A stretch of DNA of 63,939 nucleotides, counting the filler, from an uncultured Myxococcia bacterium (lineage in GTDB: Bacteria; CAZTWC01), in NCBI GenBank assembly GCA_964617105.1. It is 3 parts of 3 records of this genome, joined end to end, with 100 filler letters (N's around TTAATTAATTAA, not from the genome) between each part and the next. Parts side by side here need not be neighbours in the genome. Positions count along the whole stretch, not along the records: positions 44,188 to 63,939 come from CAZTWC010000036.1; 2 more parts are not named here. One strand, 5' to 3'. The translations under genes and the position numbers were made by a program. The first letter of the stretch is position 1. The number at the start of each line of letters is the position of its first letter. The notes below the pieces were generated by a model. It saw nothing but the letters and a program-made list of their open reading frames with translations, was not told where the DNA came from and did not search any database. Shown here piece after piece: positions 54,791 to 63,605 of this stretch.

Positions 54791-54917
54791 GTTTTCTCCT
54801 CTGTTAGTTGATGGGCTTTATTTATTGGCAGTCTAAAATCCACTGATTCTTTATAAAAAACTTGATTAGAACTTCCAGTCGGCCTGGCATTTACTCATTA
54901 TTAATTGGCAAAAACAT

Positions 54918-54954
54918 AGTTAGTAGCGCTTAACTATGTTTGGCTTTCCTAACT
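54918..54954. promoter_or_regulatory. Tandem 18-bp DtxR/MntR-type operators upstream of feoA
   Basis: AGTTAGTAGCGCTTAACT and TGTTTGGCTTTCCTAACT; the second matches 55532-55549 at 15/18. Confidence 0.7.
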
Positions 54955-54986
54955 TTTAAGCCAAAAAAAATGTAACCACTTTAATT

Positions 54987-55499
54987 TCATCTGGTTTTAT
55001 TTAGTTTTTTCAAACATTGCTCCAGACATTTTGGACATTTTTTATTTCGTTTACCATGTTTATAAAAATGGGTGAACTTCTTTACCCAGTCATCTCCAGT
55101 GCGCGGGCACTCTTTTACAAAAGAGATGAATTTAATTAATCTGTCCATGACCGGCTGGCTGATCACGTGCTCCATGCGGCAAGCGGTTTCGGATGCCTGC
55201 TCCTGATCAAGGGCAAGTATTTCCAATAGAAACTGCTGTAAGACATGGTGGCGGTTGCTAATGTCTCTGGCAAGCGACTCCCCTTCAGGGGTTAACGTGA
55301 TAATTTCGTAAGGTTGGTAATTTATAAGCCCTTTTTTGGTTAATGATTGGAGAGCTCCTGTGACAGAGGAGTTATTTACCTTGAGAATTTTGGCGATATC
55401 TTTCACACGAGCCACTTTGTTTTCCTTGACTGTGTGAAAAATGGCCTCCAGGTAATCTTCAAGGCTGGCACTTAAGGTTATTGTGATTGTTTCGGACAT
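54987..55499 (-). CDS. DtxR/MntR-family metal-dependent repressor
   Basis: SLEDYLEAI, ARVKDIA, SSVT, ACRMEHVIS; real start at ATG 55499. Confidence 0.93.
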   Translation of the reverse strand: MSETITITLSASLEDYLEAIFHTVKENKVARVKDIAKILKVNNSSVTGALQSLTKKGLINYQPYEIITLTPEGESLARDISNRHHVLQQFLLEILALDQEQASETACRMEHVISQPVMDRLIKFISFVKECPRTGDDWVKKFTHFYKHGKRNKKCPKCLEQCLKKLNKTR

Positions 55500-55531
55500 T
55501 TTGTTTTGAGTATTGTGTCTTTCAGTTAGAT

Positions 55532-55549
55532 TGTTCGCCTCTCCTAACT
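55532..55549. promoter_or_regulatory. DtxR/MntR-type autoregulatory operator
   Basis: TGTTCGCCTCTCCTAACT just downstream of a minus-strand TTGACA(55579-55574)-17-CAAAAT promoter. Confidence 0.65.
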
Positions 55550-55587
55550 TATTTTGTACCAGCAAAAAATTAATGTCAAGTAGATTT

Positions 55588-55714
55588 TGAGGAATATCAA
55601 ACAAACACTGAAGGATATTCTTCAACTCTTTTAGTCCCGTCCTAATCGCATCTTTGTAACATATTGAATTTATAGCGTTTATTGAGACTGCAGCCATCTG
55701 GCACATTTAATGCA
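55588..55714 (+). promoter_or_regulatory. sigma54 promoter (TGGCACATTTAATGCA, 55699-55714) with tandem upstream activator sites
   Basis: TGAGGAATATCAAACA (55588) and TGAAGGATATTCTTCA (55609); same geometry as 48571-48696. Confidence 0.7.
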
Positions 55715-55743
55715 TAAAATTTCATGCAAGATAGTTCATTTTC

Positions 55744-55777
55744 CAGGGAACTTTCAAAACAAATTCAAGGTATAGAG
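55744..55777 (+). promoter_or_regulatory. ECF-sigma-type promoter GGAACT-N16-GGTA
   Basis: CAGGGAACTTT-N14-GGTATAG; a second copy lies at 56408-56439. Confidence 0.65.
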
Positions 55778-55838
55778 AAGAATAACTTGGAATTTTACCT
55801 GCTCCTAACTTCAGAACCTATGGACAATTAAAGGGAAC

Positions 55839-56444
55839 ATGTTCGGTATTTTTTCACAAAAAAGACTGATAAAAAAAGCGAAGCAAGGGGACCATTTCGC
55901 CTTTGAAAGACTCGTGAAACCTCAGATGCAGCCCGTGTACCGTTCTGCCTTTTACCTGGCAGGCGGAAAAGAGGATTTGGCCTGGGATCTCTTTCAAACC
56001 ACCTTTACCCGTGCATTTATCTCCTTTGATACTTTCATTGAAAATGCCCCTTTGAAACCCTGGTTGAATAAAATCCTGCACAATGCCTTTTATGACCATC
56101 TTGGCAAAAACAAAAAAAAGAAAGAAATCCTGGTGGATTCAATTGAAGAATTTCCTGCACATAAACCGGCAGGAATAGTTGAAAAACAAGAGGATCCCCT
56201 GGAGAACCTCATGGTCGAAGAAACAAAGAAATGCCTCCATGAACTGATTGGACAGTTGTCCCCCAAATTAAGGGAGATCATCATCCTTTGCGAAATCCAG
56301 GAAATGACCAATGAAGAAGTTCAAATCATCACGGGTCTTCCTGAGGGAACCATTAAATCCAGGCTTTATCGGTCCCGGGAAGCCTTAAAAAAAATAATTT
56401 TACAAAACAGGGAACTTTTTTTTCCTGCTGGCGGTAGAGGGTAG
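55839..56444 (+). CDS. ECF RNA polymerase sigma factor
   Basis: AWDLFQTTF, LKPWLNKILHN, GTIKSRLYRSR. Confidence 0.93.
   Translation: MFGIFSQKRLIKKAKQGDHFAFERLVKPQMQPVYRSAFYLAGGKEDLAWDLFQTTFTRAFISFDTFIENAPLKPWLNKILHNAFYDHLGKNKKKKEILVDSIEEFPAHKPAGIVEKQEDPLENLMVEETKKCLHELIGQLSPKLREIIILCEIQEMTNEEVQIITGLPEGTIKSRLYRSREALKKIILQNRELFFPAGGRG
56408..56441 (+). promoter_or_regulatory. Second ECF-type promoter inside the sigma gene 3' end, driving the anti-sigma gene
   Basis: CAGGGAACTTT-N14-GGTAGAG. Confidence 0.6.
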
Positions 56445-56474
56445 TGAAAAGGGAAACAATTGGGAGCAAAAAAA

Positions 56475-57254
56475 GTGGACTGCAAGGATTTTAAAAACAG
56501 GGTGGAAAAAAGGGGACTCAAAAAGATGTCCAAAGAATGCAAAAACCACCTGGAATCCTGCCAAGGCTGCAGCCAATGGTTTGCCGGATTCCGAAAACTG
56601 AAAAGCCTATTCAAAGATTTACCTGATATCCCCTTACCTGGAGGGATTGTGGCGGAACTGAACTGGAACCTGGCAAAAGCATCCAGGCAAATTAAAAAAA
56701 GGGAGATAGAGGAATCCAAAAACTGGTTTAATCCTTTTCTTGTCCCGGTTTCTTTTGTGGCCCTTTTGACCCTGGTTATTTTTGTTTTCAAAATGGTTCC
56801 CGGGGAATTGGTAATCCAAAGGGGACAATACCTGGAAGTAGAGTTAGAGGTTAGGGCTAAAGAGAAAATTAATAATGTATTTGTAGAAGTCAAGTTGCCA
56901 GGAGGTCTCCAATTGGCCACCAGGAAGGAGGATTTGAAAAATGCCGACAGGATCGGGTGGAACACTGGATTCACCCCGGGCATAAACCGTTATCCCCTGG
57001 TTGTAAAGGGAAAAAAGCCTGGGAAATACAACCTGGTGGTTACGCTTGCATCCGGGCAAGTCAGGTTCCAGACCGATTTGGAAGTGACCATTGTAAAAGA
57101 CCATAAGAGTTGGTCTTTTTTACCCATAAAAAAATGGATGGGGGAAACATTCATTTTGGATAAAACCCATAACAACCAGAGGCGCCTGACCCTTGTCTGG
57201 CCAACCAGGGAGGGCGCCGGGGGGGTGTCCGTCCGAATGAACCGTGACGGATGA
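56475..57254 (+). CDS. Zinc-binding anti-sigma factor-like membrane protein with a periplasmic beta domain
   Basis: HLESCQGC (HxxxCxxC), single TM, follows the ECF gene; GTG start after GGGAG. Confidence 0.8.
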   Translation: MDCKDFKNRVEKRGLKKMSKECKNHLESCQGCSQWFAGFRKLKSLFKDLPDIPLPGGIVAELNWNLAKASRQIKKREIEESKNWFNPFLVPVSFVALLTLVIFVFKMVPGELVIQRGQYLEVELEVRAKEKINNVFVEVKLPGGLQLATRKEDLKNADRIGWNTGFTPGINRYPLVVKGKKPGKYNLVVTLASGQVRFQTDLEVTIVKDHKSWSFLPIKKWMGETFILDKTHNNQRRLTLVWPTREGAGGVSVRMNRDG

Positions 57255-57292
57255 TTTTATTTTAAAGAGCAATGATAATAAAGGAGAATATC

Positions 57293-58333
57293 ATGGAACA
57301 GTTATTGAAAAAAACAGCAATTTTCATGGGAATCATCATGGTCCCTTCCCTCTCGTGGGCAGCCCTGGACATCGACGTGAACCTCGAAGGAAAAAACCTG
57401 GAACCGGGTAAGGTGGCTTTTGCTATTGACCGGGCTGATGCATCTTTGGAAAAACTGCTCGCCTACCGTATAGACGGCAAGCAAGGACAAAATAAAGGGA
57501 ATGATTCCCATATGGACAATAAAAATCACGAGTCTGGGGTTAAGATCCATGAAGGGGATTCCCAGAAAGAAAAAAAAGAAAAGAAAAAGCAGAAGGGAAA
57601 AAAATCCAGCAAAAAAGGGAAGCCCTTCGGGCTTTCAAAACCTGGGGACAAGGGGAAAAATGTCCATGACCATGGCAATCATAAGGGGCACCATGCCAAC
57701 CCGGTGGATGCAAAGGACATGATGCCAGAAGGTCACATGGGTATGATGCACGGTTCCGGGATGATGGGGGGCAGCGAAGATAAAGGGAAAAAAGGAAAAG
57801 GAACCGCCGGGGGCAAAGGCATGAATAATAAGGGCGGCGGAATGATGGGCAAGGGAAACAAGAGCGGCATGGGACAGGGCGGTCACGACCAAATGGGAGG
57901 AAGTAAAAAGAATAAAGGCTCGAAGTCATCCAGCCAAAAGGGGGACGGTATGATGCACGAGGGAATTATGGGCAAGGATCACCATCATGGGATGATGCAC
58001 GGCAGCCAGGGAGGAAATGGAAACAAGGGCGGCATGGGGGATCACCATCACGGCAAGGACATGATGGAGCATCACCGCAGGATGCACGAGGGCAATTCCG
58101 GCATGATGGGGGGAAAACAGGGCCACATGGACGGCATGGGGGATTGCATGATGGGAGGCGGCATGATGGGCCAGGGCGGCAAGAAGTCTTCTTCCAAGAA
58201 ATCCTCAGGTAAAAGCAATGGCTCCATGGGTGGCGGTTCCATGGGTGGTGGTCATATGGGCGGAGGCGGCCACATGGGCGGAGGATCTTCCAAACAGGGG
58301 GACAAAAATTCCAAACAGGGGGACAAAAAATAG
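57293..58333 (+). CDS. Exported low-complexity His/Met/Gly/Lys-rich protein, putative metal sponge
   Basis: AAGGAG RBS, signal peptide ending SWA; GHMGMMHG, DHHHGMMHG, GGGHMGGG repeats; 21-bp tandem duplication at the 3' end. Confidence 0.8.
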   Translation: MEQLLKKTAIFMGIIMVPSLSWAALDIDVNLEGKNLEPGKVAFAIDRADASLEKLLAYRIDGKQGQNKGNDSHMDNKNHESGVKIHEGDSQKEKKEKKKQKGKKSSKKGKPFGLSKPGDKGKNVHDHGNHKGHHANPVDAKDMMPEGHMGMMHGSGMMGGSEDKGKKGKGTAGGKGMNNKGGGMMGKGNKSGMGQGGHDQMGGSKKNKGSKSSSQKGDGMMHEGIMGKDHHHGMMHGSQGGNGNKGGMGDHHHGKDMMEHHRRMHEGNSGMMGGKQGHMDGMGDCMMGGGMMGQGGKKSSSKKSSGKSNGSMGGGSMGGGHMGGGGHMGGGSSKQGDKNSKQGDKK

Positions 58334-58356
58334 ACCTGAGATTCCTTAAAATGTTG

Positions 58357-58400
58357 ATCCTAAATCGAGGGGTCCTATGGGAATTGCTCGATTTGGGGAT
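58357..58400 (+). terminator. Intergenic stem-loop (terminator or mRNA-stabilising hairpin)
   Basis: TCCTAAATCGAG ... CTCGATTTGGGGA near-perfect stem; no clear U-tract. Confidence 0.35.
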
Positions 58401-58447
58401 ATATTGGAAATATTGAGTTGCAGGTTCCAGGAATAAGAGAAGGAAAT

Positions 58448-60142
58448 ATGAGTCCAGAAAACCAACGATTGGTACTGGTAAACAAAAAGCATCGTAAAAT
58501 CCTGAAATGGTTATTGCCTCTTTTGTTCCTGGCCTGCTTTTTACAATTTTTCACGGGGATTGCCCATGGCGACGAACTTGAAAAAGCCATCCATTATTTT
58601 AACAAAGGCGAGTATGATAGGACCATTGGGATTTTATCGGTTTATAAAGTAAAAGAGCCAAAAAATCACCAAATTGCCTTTTACCTGGGTTACAGTTTTT
58701 TGAAAAACCGTAAATACAGCCGTGCTTTGTCTCATTTTGAAAAGGCGGTTGAACTGGAACCTGGTGATATCCGCTCCTATTATTTGCGCGGGATATCCCG
58801 TTTTTCTTTGAAATTACCCAGTGCTGCTTCGGATTTTAAAAAAGTGGTCCAACGATTGCCCCTGTCACCCATTGGCAGGTCTGCCTCGGCCTACCTTGAC
58901 CTCATTGATGATAAGAAGAGACAAATTTTTAAGACAAACTTCAACCAGGCCCTTTCCCTGTTCAAAAAAGGAGATTACACCGGATCTTCCAGGGCTTTTG
59001 ACAAATTGGCCGCAAAACAGCCAAAAAATGCCACGGTCCTCTATTATGCCGGTTACAGCCGGTTCAAAGAGATGAAGTATGATCAGGCCATAGCTTTTTT
59101 CAACAAGTCCCTCCAACTTGAGACTGGCAACGAGACCACCCTCTTTATGAAAGCATTAACCCTGCGAGCCCTTGGAAAACCAAAAAAGGGGGACCAGATC
59201 CTGAGTAACCTGGCTGACTCTGGGAGCGAGATGGGGGGTGTAGCCCAGACCTATTTAAAAAAATCCCACAGACCCGGAAGGAAAAACAACTGGTATTATC
59301 ATTTGCAGATGGGCTTGGATTATGACACCAACCCGGGCTATCTGCCCGAAAACGGGCTCTCTTCCGGTGAAAAACCGGATCCGGGTGCTGCATTTTCCCT
59401 GTTTATGTCAGGGGGGGTGGAGGGCGTTACCTTTGGACCGGGTCAATTTGAATTCCAGGTCTCTGCCTTCCAGCGGCTCTATACTGAAATAATGAGCCCG
59501 GATCACCAAACCAGTCTCTATATGGGCCTTGGCTATGGTGTTTATAATAAAAAAGTTTCCTATGGGGTACGGGCTGGAGGGGGGACCTTCCTCTATGATT
59601 TCAAACCCTTTGACAGTATGGGAAGTTTGTCGGCCTGGCTGAAATTAGGGCTTACAGAGAACATTGCCCTGGGTTCAGAGGCTGAGATTTATTTAAAAAC
59701 TGTCCATGACAATGCCTATGAATACCTCCAAGGTAAAGGAGTGCGGGTTCGACCTTTATTATCTTTTATGCCGGGGGGCAAAGAATTGCAGCTGGATTTG
59801 GGCGGTCAATTCTATTATGAACTGAACCAATCCCTAATAGACCAGGAATCCTCTGAATTCTACTCCTTCAGTTACAAGGCAGTTGGACCGTCTGCGTACA
59901 TCTCCTGGTTTCTGCCCTCTGATTTGCACCTGAGAGTTGGTGCAAACCTGCTCTGGAAAAATTACCTTGACCTCACAACATCCAGGCCCGACCGTCTGCT
60001 GGATATTTCATCCACCCTGGTGTGGTCGGGTCTCAACTTTTCTCAGTTGTTTTTTCAAGTTTCCTTTCAGGGGAGCAATTCCCCCCTTTCCTTCCGTACT
60101 TACCAGAAATTTTTGTTCTCTTCCGGGGTGATTTTCCGGTAG
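58448..60142 (+). CDS. TPR-repeat protein with a C-terminal outer-membrane beta-barrel (Slam/DUF560-like architecture)
   Basis: Signal peptide AHG|D, two TPR blocks, GLDYDTNP barrel start, amphipathic strands ending in GVIFR. Confidence 0.75.
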   Translation: MSPENQRLVLVNKKHRKILKWLLPLLFLACFLQFFTGIAHGDELEKAIHYFNKGEYDRTIGILSVYKVKEPKNHQIAFYLGYSFLKNRKYSRALSHFEKAVELEPGDIRSYYLRGISRFSLKLPSAASDFKKVVQRLPLSPIGRSASAYLDLIDDKKRQIFKTNFNQALSLFKKGDYTGSSRAFDKLAAKQPKNATVLYYAGYSRFKEMKYDQAIAFFNKSLQLETGNETTLFMKALTLRALGKPKKGDQILSNLADSGSEMGGVAQTYLKKSHRPGRKNNWYYHLQMGLDYDTNPGYLPENGLSSGEKPDPGAAFSLFMSGGVEGVTFGPGQFEFQVSAFQRLYTEIMSPDHQTSLYMGLGYGVYNKKVSYGVRAGGGTFLYDFKPFDSMGSLSAWLKLGLTENIALGSEAEIYLKTVHDNAYEYLQGKGVRVRPLLSFMPGGKELQLDLGGQFYYELNQSLIDQESSEFYSFSYKAVGPSAYISWFLPSDLHLRVGANLLWKNYLDLTTSRPDRLLDISSTLVWSGLNFSQLFFQVSFQGSNSPLSFRTYQKFLFSSGVIFR

Positions 60143-60229
60143 GACCAGCCATTCAAATTTAATTTTTCGCCTAAAACTCGCCTGGAAGATATTCTCTCAT
60201 CAATTTGGCTTGAAGCCATTTGTTCATAT

Positions 60230-60370
60230 TGTTGAATATTCAACACTAGTTGTAGAAATGTACTCAAAAGACTTGGTTATTCTGTCTACTTTTTCATTTA
60301 ACCTGTAATGATAAACAATAGTAAATACAGCATGTTATACAAAAAAATCAATTCTGGCACAAATCATGCT
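60230..60370 (+). promoter_or_regulatory. sigma54 promoter (TGGCACAAATCATGCT, 60355-60370) with tandem upstream activator sites
   Basis: Perfect palindrome TGTTGAATATTCAACA (60230-60245) and TGTAGAAATGTACTCA (60251-60266). Confidence 0.8.
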
Positions 60371-60482
60371 AATAAAATATATAGACTTAATGCAGTAGAC
60401 TGAATAGAGCGAAAACAAAATAACAAATTTTTCGTTATCTACTTGGATCAATCACCATTTAAATTTCATTGGAGAAAGTAAA

Positions 60483-61768
60483 TTGATAACAAAAATAAAA
60501 AAGTTCATTTCGCTTCCGGGTCTTGTGCTGATAATTTTTTCATTTTTCGTACATCCTGCTACCGCAACTGAGATCAAGGCACCCGACCAGGCATTAATAA
60601 CACTCATAGATCAAGCTCTTTTGAAAAATCCGAACCTGGCCTCCCTCCAGCAGCAGGTAAAAGCCTTGGCTTTTCAAAAAGAGGCTGTCCAGGTCATCAA
60701 GGACCCGGTTGTGGCCCTGGAATACAGCAATTTCCCCTGGGATTCTTGGAAAATGGGGGATTCCCCCATGACCGGTCTTCAATTAAAGGTAATGCAGACT
60801 TTGCCATTTCCCGGCAAGAACCAGCGCCGCCAGGCAGTGGCCGGCCAGACGGTTCAAACCAAAAAGTTGCAACTCGAGGTACTGCGCCTGGAGTTGGCCT
60901 GGCAAGTTAAGCAGGCTTATTGGTTCTTGACCCTTGTACGGCAACTGGAGACCATAACCCAAAACCATATTCAAGTTGTGGAGAAGTTGCTGAAAGCCGT
61001 GCGGTACAACTATGAAACCGGTAAAAAAGGGCAGCATGAGATACTGCGACTGGAAGTGCAGCGTGACAAACTCACAGAAGAGTTGAACGAGTTCGAGCGG
61101 CGGGAGCGAGGTTTGACTGCAGCCATAAACAAGACCCTGCACCGGGAAATTACCACCGAAATCATTACCCCTGAAAATGTATTGGCAGAAAAAAGTTCAG
61201 AAACCCTGAAAACCCTGGTTGCCAGAGCCCTGAAATACAATCCGAAACTGAAACAATTCCTCTCTTCAGAAAAGGAGAAACGGCTGGCTGCAGACCAGGT
61301 CTATTATGAGCGCCACCCCGACATCACGGTCTGGGGTGGTTACAGGGCTCGTACAAAGGCGGGCATGGACCAGGGCATGGATTTTCTCTCCATTGGCCTA
61401 TCCCTGCCCCTTCCAATGGACTACACTAACAGGTTCAAGGCGGCCAGGGCCAGTAAATTGGCAAAGGCTGCGGCTGAAAAAAAAAATATTCGGCAGAGGT
61501 GGACAGGATCAAGGCCGGGTTAGAAAAAGTTCTGGCAGATTGGCAGCGGGCTGGAAAAAAAGCCAAAGCCTATGAAGACAAACTTATTCCCAGGGCCAAA
61601 AAGACCCTGGATGCGACATTGATTGCCTATAAAAACGGTCTGGCTGGTTTTTCCACCCTGTTCCAGGCAGAGGTGCAGTTGCTCCAGTTCGAGCGTACAC
61701 TGCGCAAATCTATGATTCAAACCAAAATTGCTAAAGCGTTGATTACAAAATTGAGTGGGAATTTATAA
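60483..61768 (+). pseudogene. TolC/CusC-family outer membrane efflux protein, frameshifted at an A10 run
   Basis: ALLKNPNL, QTLPFPGK, LSLPLP; the C-terminal helices (AYKNGLAGFSTL) lie in another frame joined at A10 61477-61486. Confidence 0.8.
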
Positions 61769-61781
61769 GGAGTTTTGTCAA

Positions 61782-63479
61782 ATGTTCAAGAAATTTTTAA
61801 AAGGAATACTTTTGATTACAATTTTTGCCCTGTTTTTCGTGACTGGAGCCCAAATTCTGCCCTCTTTTGAAGGGGAAAAAGAGCAGGATCCTTGCCTGGA
61901 GCAGCCCGAACATCCTGGGCAAGGCGGCATTTGCCTGCCCGGGGAGGTTTTCGCTGCCGAGAAATTTTATACTTGTCCCATGCACCCCAATATCATCCGG
62001 GAACAACAAGGTGAGTGCCCCATCTGCGGCATGGACCTGGTAGAAAAAAAGCCACAGAGTGATTCGACTGGTGGCCGATCCCATGGTGTTGAAGACAATG
62101 GCAGCCATGAAGGCCACGACCACGGCCAGGCGGAGGGGGATGGAGCCGATGGCATGTCAAAGACTTTGTACACCTGCGGCATGCACCCCAATGTGATCCA
62201 AGATGGCCCCGGCTATCCTTCGGATAGCTTAGGCGATTCAAAAGAATCGCCAGGGCAATGTCCAATCTGCGGTATGGACCTTGTTCCGGTTTACGAGGAC
62301 GAGGGATCTGAAAGTTCCGGTTCAACCGTTATTGTAGACCCGGTTATGGTGCAAAACATGGGGGTCAGGGTGGCCCACGTGGAGCGGGGCCCCATATTCC
62401 GTCACATCCGCACCATCGGTGAGGTGGACGTGGCCGAGGATGAAATCTCGGTGGTGAACCTGCGTTTTTCCGGCTGGATCGAGAAAATCTGGGTGGACGA
62501 GACAGGGCAAGCCGTTAAAAAGGGGAAGCCTCTGTTCCGTATTTATTCCCCCGAGGTGGTGGCTGCCCAGGAAGAGTACATGCTGGCTCTCAATACCGAA
62601 GGCAAGGATAGCCCCCTGGCAAGGTCAGCCAGGAGAAAACTAAGTTTATGGGATATTCCCCAATCCCACCTGATTGAACTGGTCAAAGGAGGTAATGCCC
62701 ACCGCAACGTGGTGGTGACGGCTCCCCGTTCCGGGTATGTGCTGCACAAAAACGTGGTCCAGGGGGCCAGGGTCAGGGCGGGCATGGACCTGTACCGCAT
62801 CGGTAACCTGAGAAAAATATGGGTTAACGCCGAGATCTACGAGTTTGACGCGCCCTGGATCCGAAAAGGACAGAAAGCCTTCATGGAACTCTCCTTTCAG
62901 AAGGGAAAGCAATGGAAGGGACGGGTGGGGTACATCCACCCAACCCTGAACAAGATGAGCAGGACTCTAAAGGTTAGGCTAGAGTTCGTCAACCCGGGTA
63001 TCCGGCTGAAACCCGGCATGTTCGCCACCATCCACATCGAAACCAGGCGCAAGGAAGGTGTTCTCAATATTCCCACCGAGGCGGTCATTCACTCCGGCAA
63101 GAGGCAACTGGTCTTTGTTTCCAGGGAATTGGGCAAATATAAGGCCAAAGAAATCATTACCGGGCTAAACGGGGACAACCATAGAATCGAAGTGGTCAAA
63201 GGATTGAAAGAAGGGGAAGCTGTGGTGACATCGGGCCAATTTTTGCTTGATTCCGAAAGCCAGTTGCAGGAGGCCATCCAGAAACTCCTCGATGCCCGGC
63301 TGCAGGTCAGGGACCAGAAAAAAAGCCCTTCGGATCCCGGACATGACCATACAAAACATGAAACATCTAGGAGCCAGGGTTCTGAATACTGGACCTGCTC
63401 CATGCACCCAAATGTGGTCCAGGACGGGCCAGGCACCTGCCCCATCTGCGGCATGGATCTTATAAAGAAAAAGAGATAA
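61782..63479 (+). CDS. cusB: CusB-type RND periplasmic adaptor with three heavy-metal-binding (YxCxMHP...CPICGM) domains
   Basis: Three CxMHP...CPICGMDL motifs; GWIEK, YSPE, LKPGMF, GQFLLDSES. Confidence 0.9.
   Translation: MFKKFLKGILLITIFALFFVTGAQILPSFEGEKEQDPCLEQPEHPGQGGICLPGEVFAAEKFYTCPMHPNIIREQQGECPICGMDLVEKKPQSDSTGGRSHGVEDNGSHEGHDHGQAEGDGADGMSKTLYTCGMHPNVIQDGPGYPSDSLGDSKESPGQCPICGMDLVPVYEDEGSESSGSTVIVDPVMVQNMGVRVAHVERGPIFRHIRTIGEVDVAEDEISVVNLRFSGWIEKIWVDETGQAVKKGKPLFRIYSPEVVAAQEEYMLALNTEGKDSPLARSARRKLSLWDIPQSHLIELVKGGNAHRNVVVTAPRSGYVLHKNVVQGARVRAGMDLYRIGNLRKIWVNAEIYEFDAPWIRKGQKAFMELSFQKGKQWKGRVGYIHPTLNKMSRTLKVRLEFVNPGIRLKPGMFATIHIETRRKEGVLNIPTEAVIHSGKRQLVFVSRELGKYKAKEIITGLNGDNHRIEVVKGLKEGEAVVTSGQFLLDSESQLQEAIQKLLDARLQVRDQKKSPSDPGHDHTKHETSRSQGSEYWTCSMHPNVVQDGPGTCPICGMDLIKKKR
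62212..62251. repeat. Double-hairpin palindromic element inserted in frame in cusB
   Basis: GCTATCC-TTC-GGATAGC and GGCGATTC-AAAA-GAATCGCC. Confidence 0.7.
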
Positions 63480-63482
63480 TCG

Positions 63483-63594
63483 TAAAACAGTAAAACAGAA
63501 TAGTTGAATTACTTGGCAGTTGAATGAATGAGTAACTGAAAAACTAAAGAACTGAAAAACTAAGAAACTGCTTAATTGAATAACTGAAAACAGG
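63483..63594 (+). repeat. Degenerate tandem octamer array (about 14 units, consensus AAWAACTG)
   Basis: taaaacag taaaacag aatagttg aattactt ggcagttg aatgaatg agtaactg aaaaacta aagaactg aaaaacta agaaactg cttaattg aataactg aaaacagg. Confidence 0.75.
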
Positions 63595-63605
63595 ACTGTT
63601 ATGTC

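Noticed and set aside
55500-55706. N-terminal extension of the DtxR ORF in the ORF track
   Set aside because: Overlaps promoter, operator and enhancer elements; homology starts at ATG 55499.
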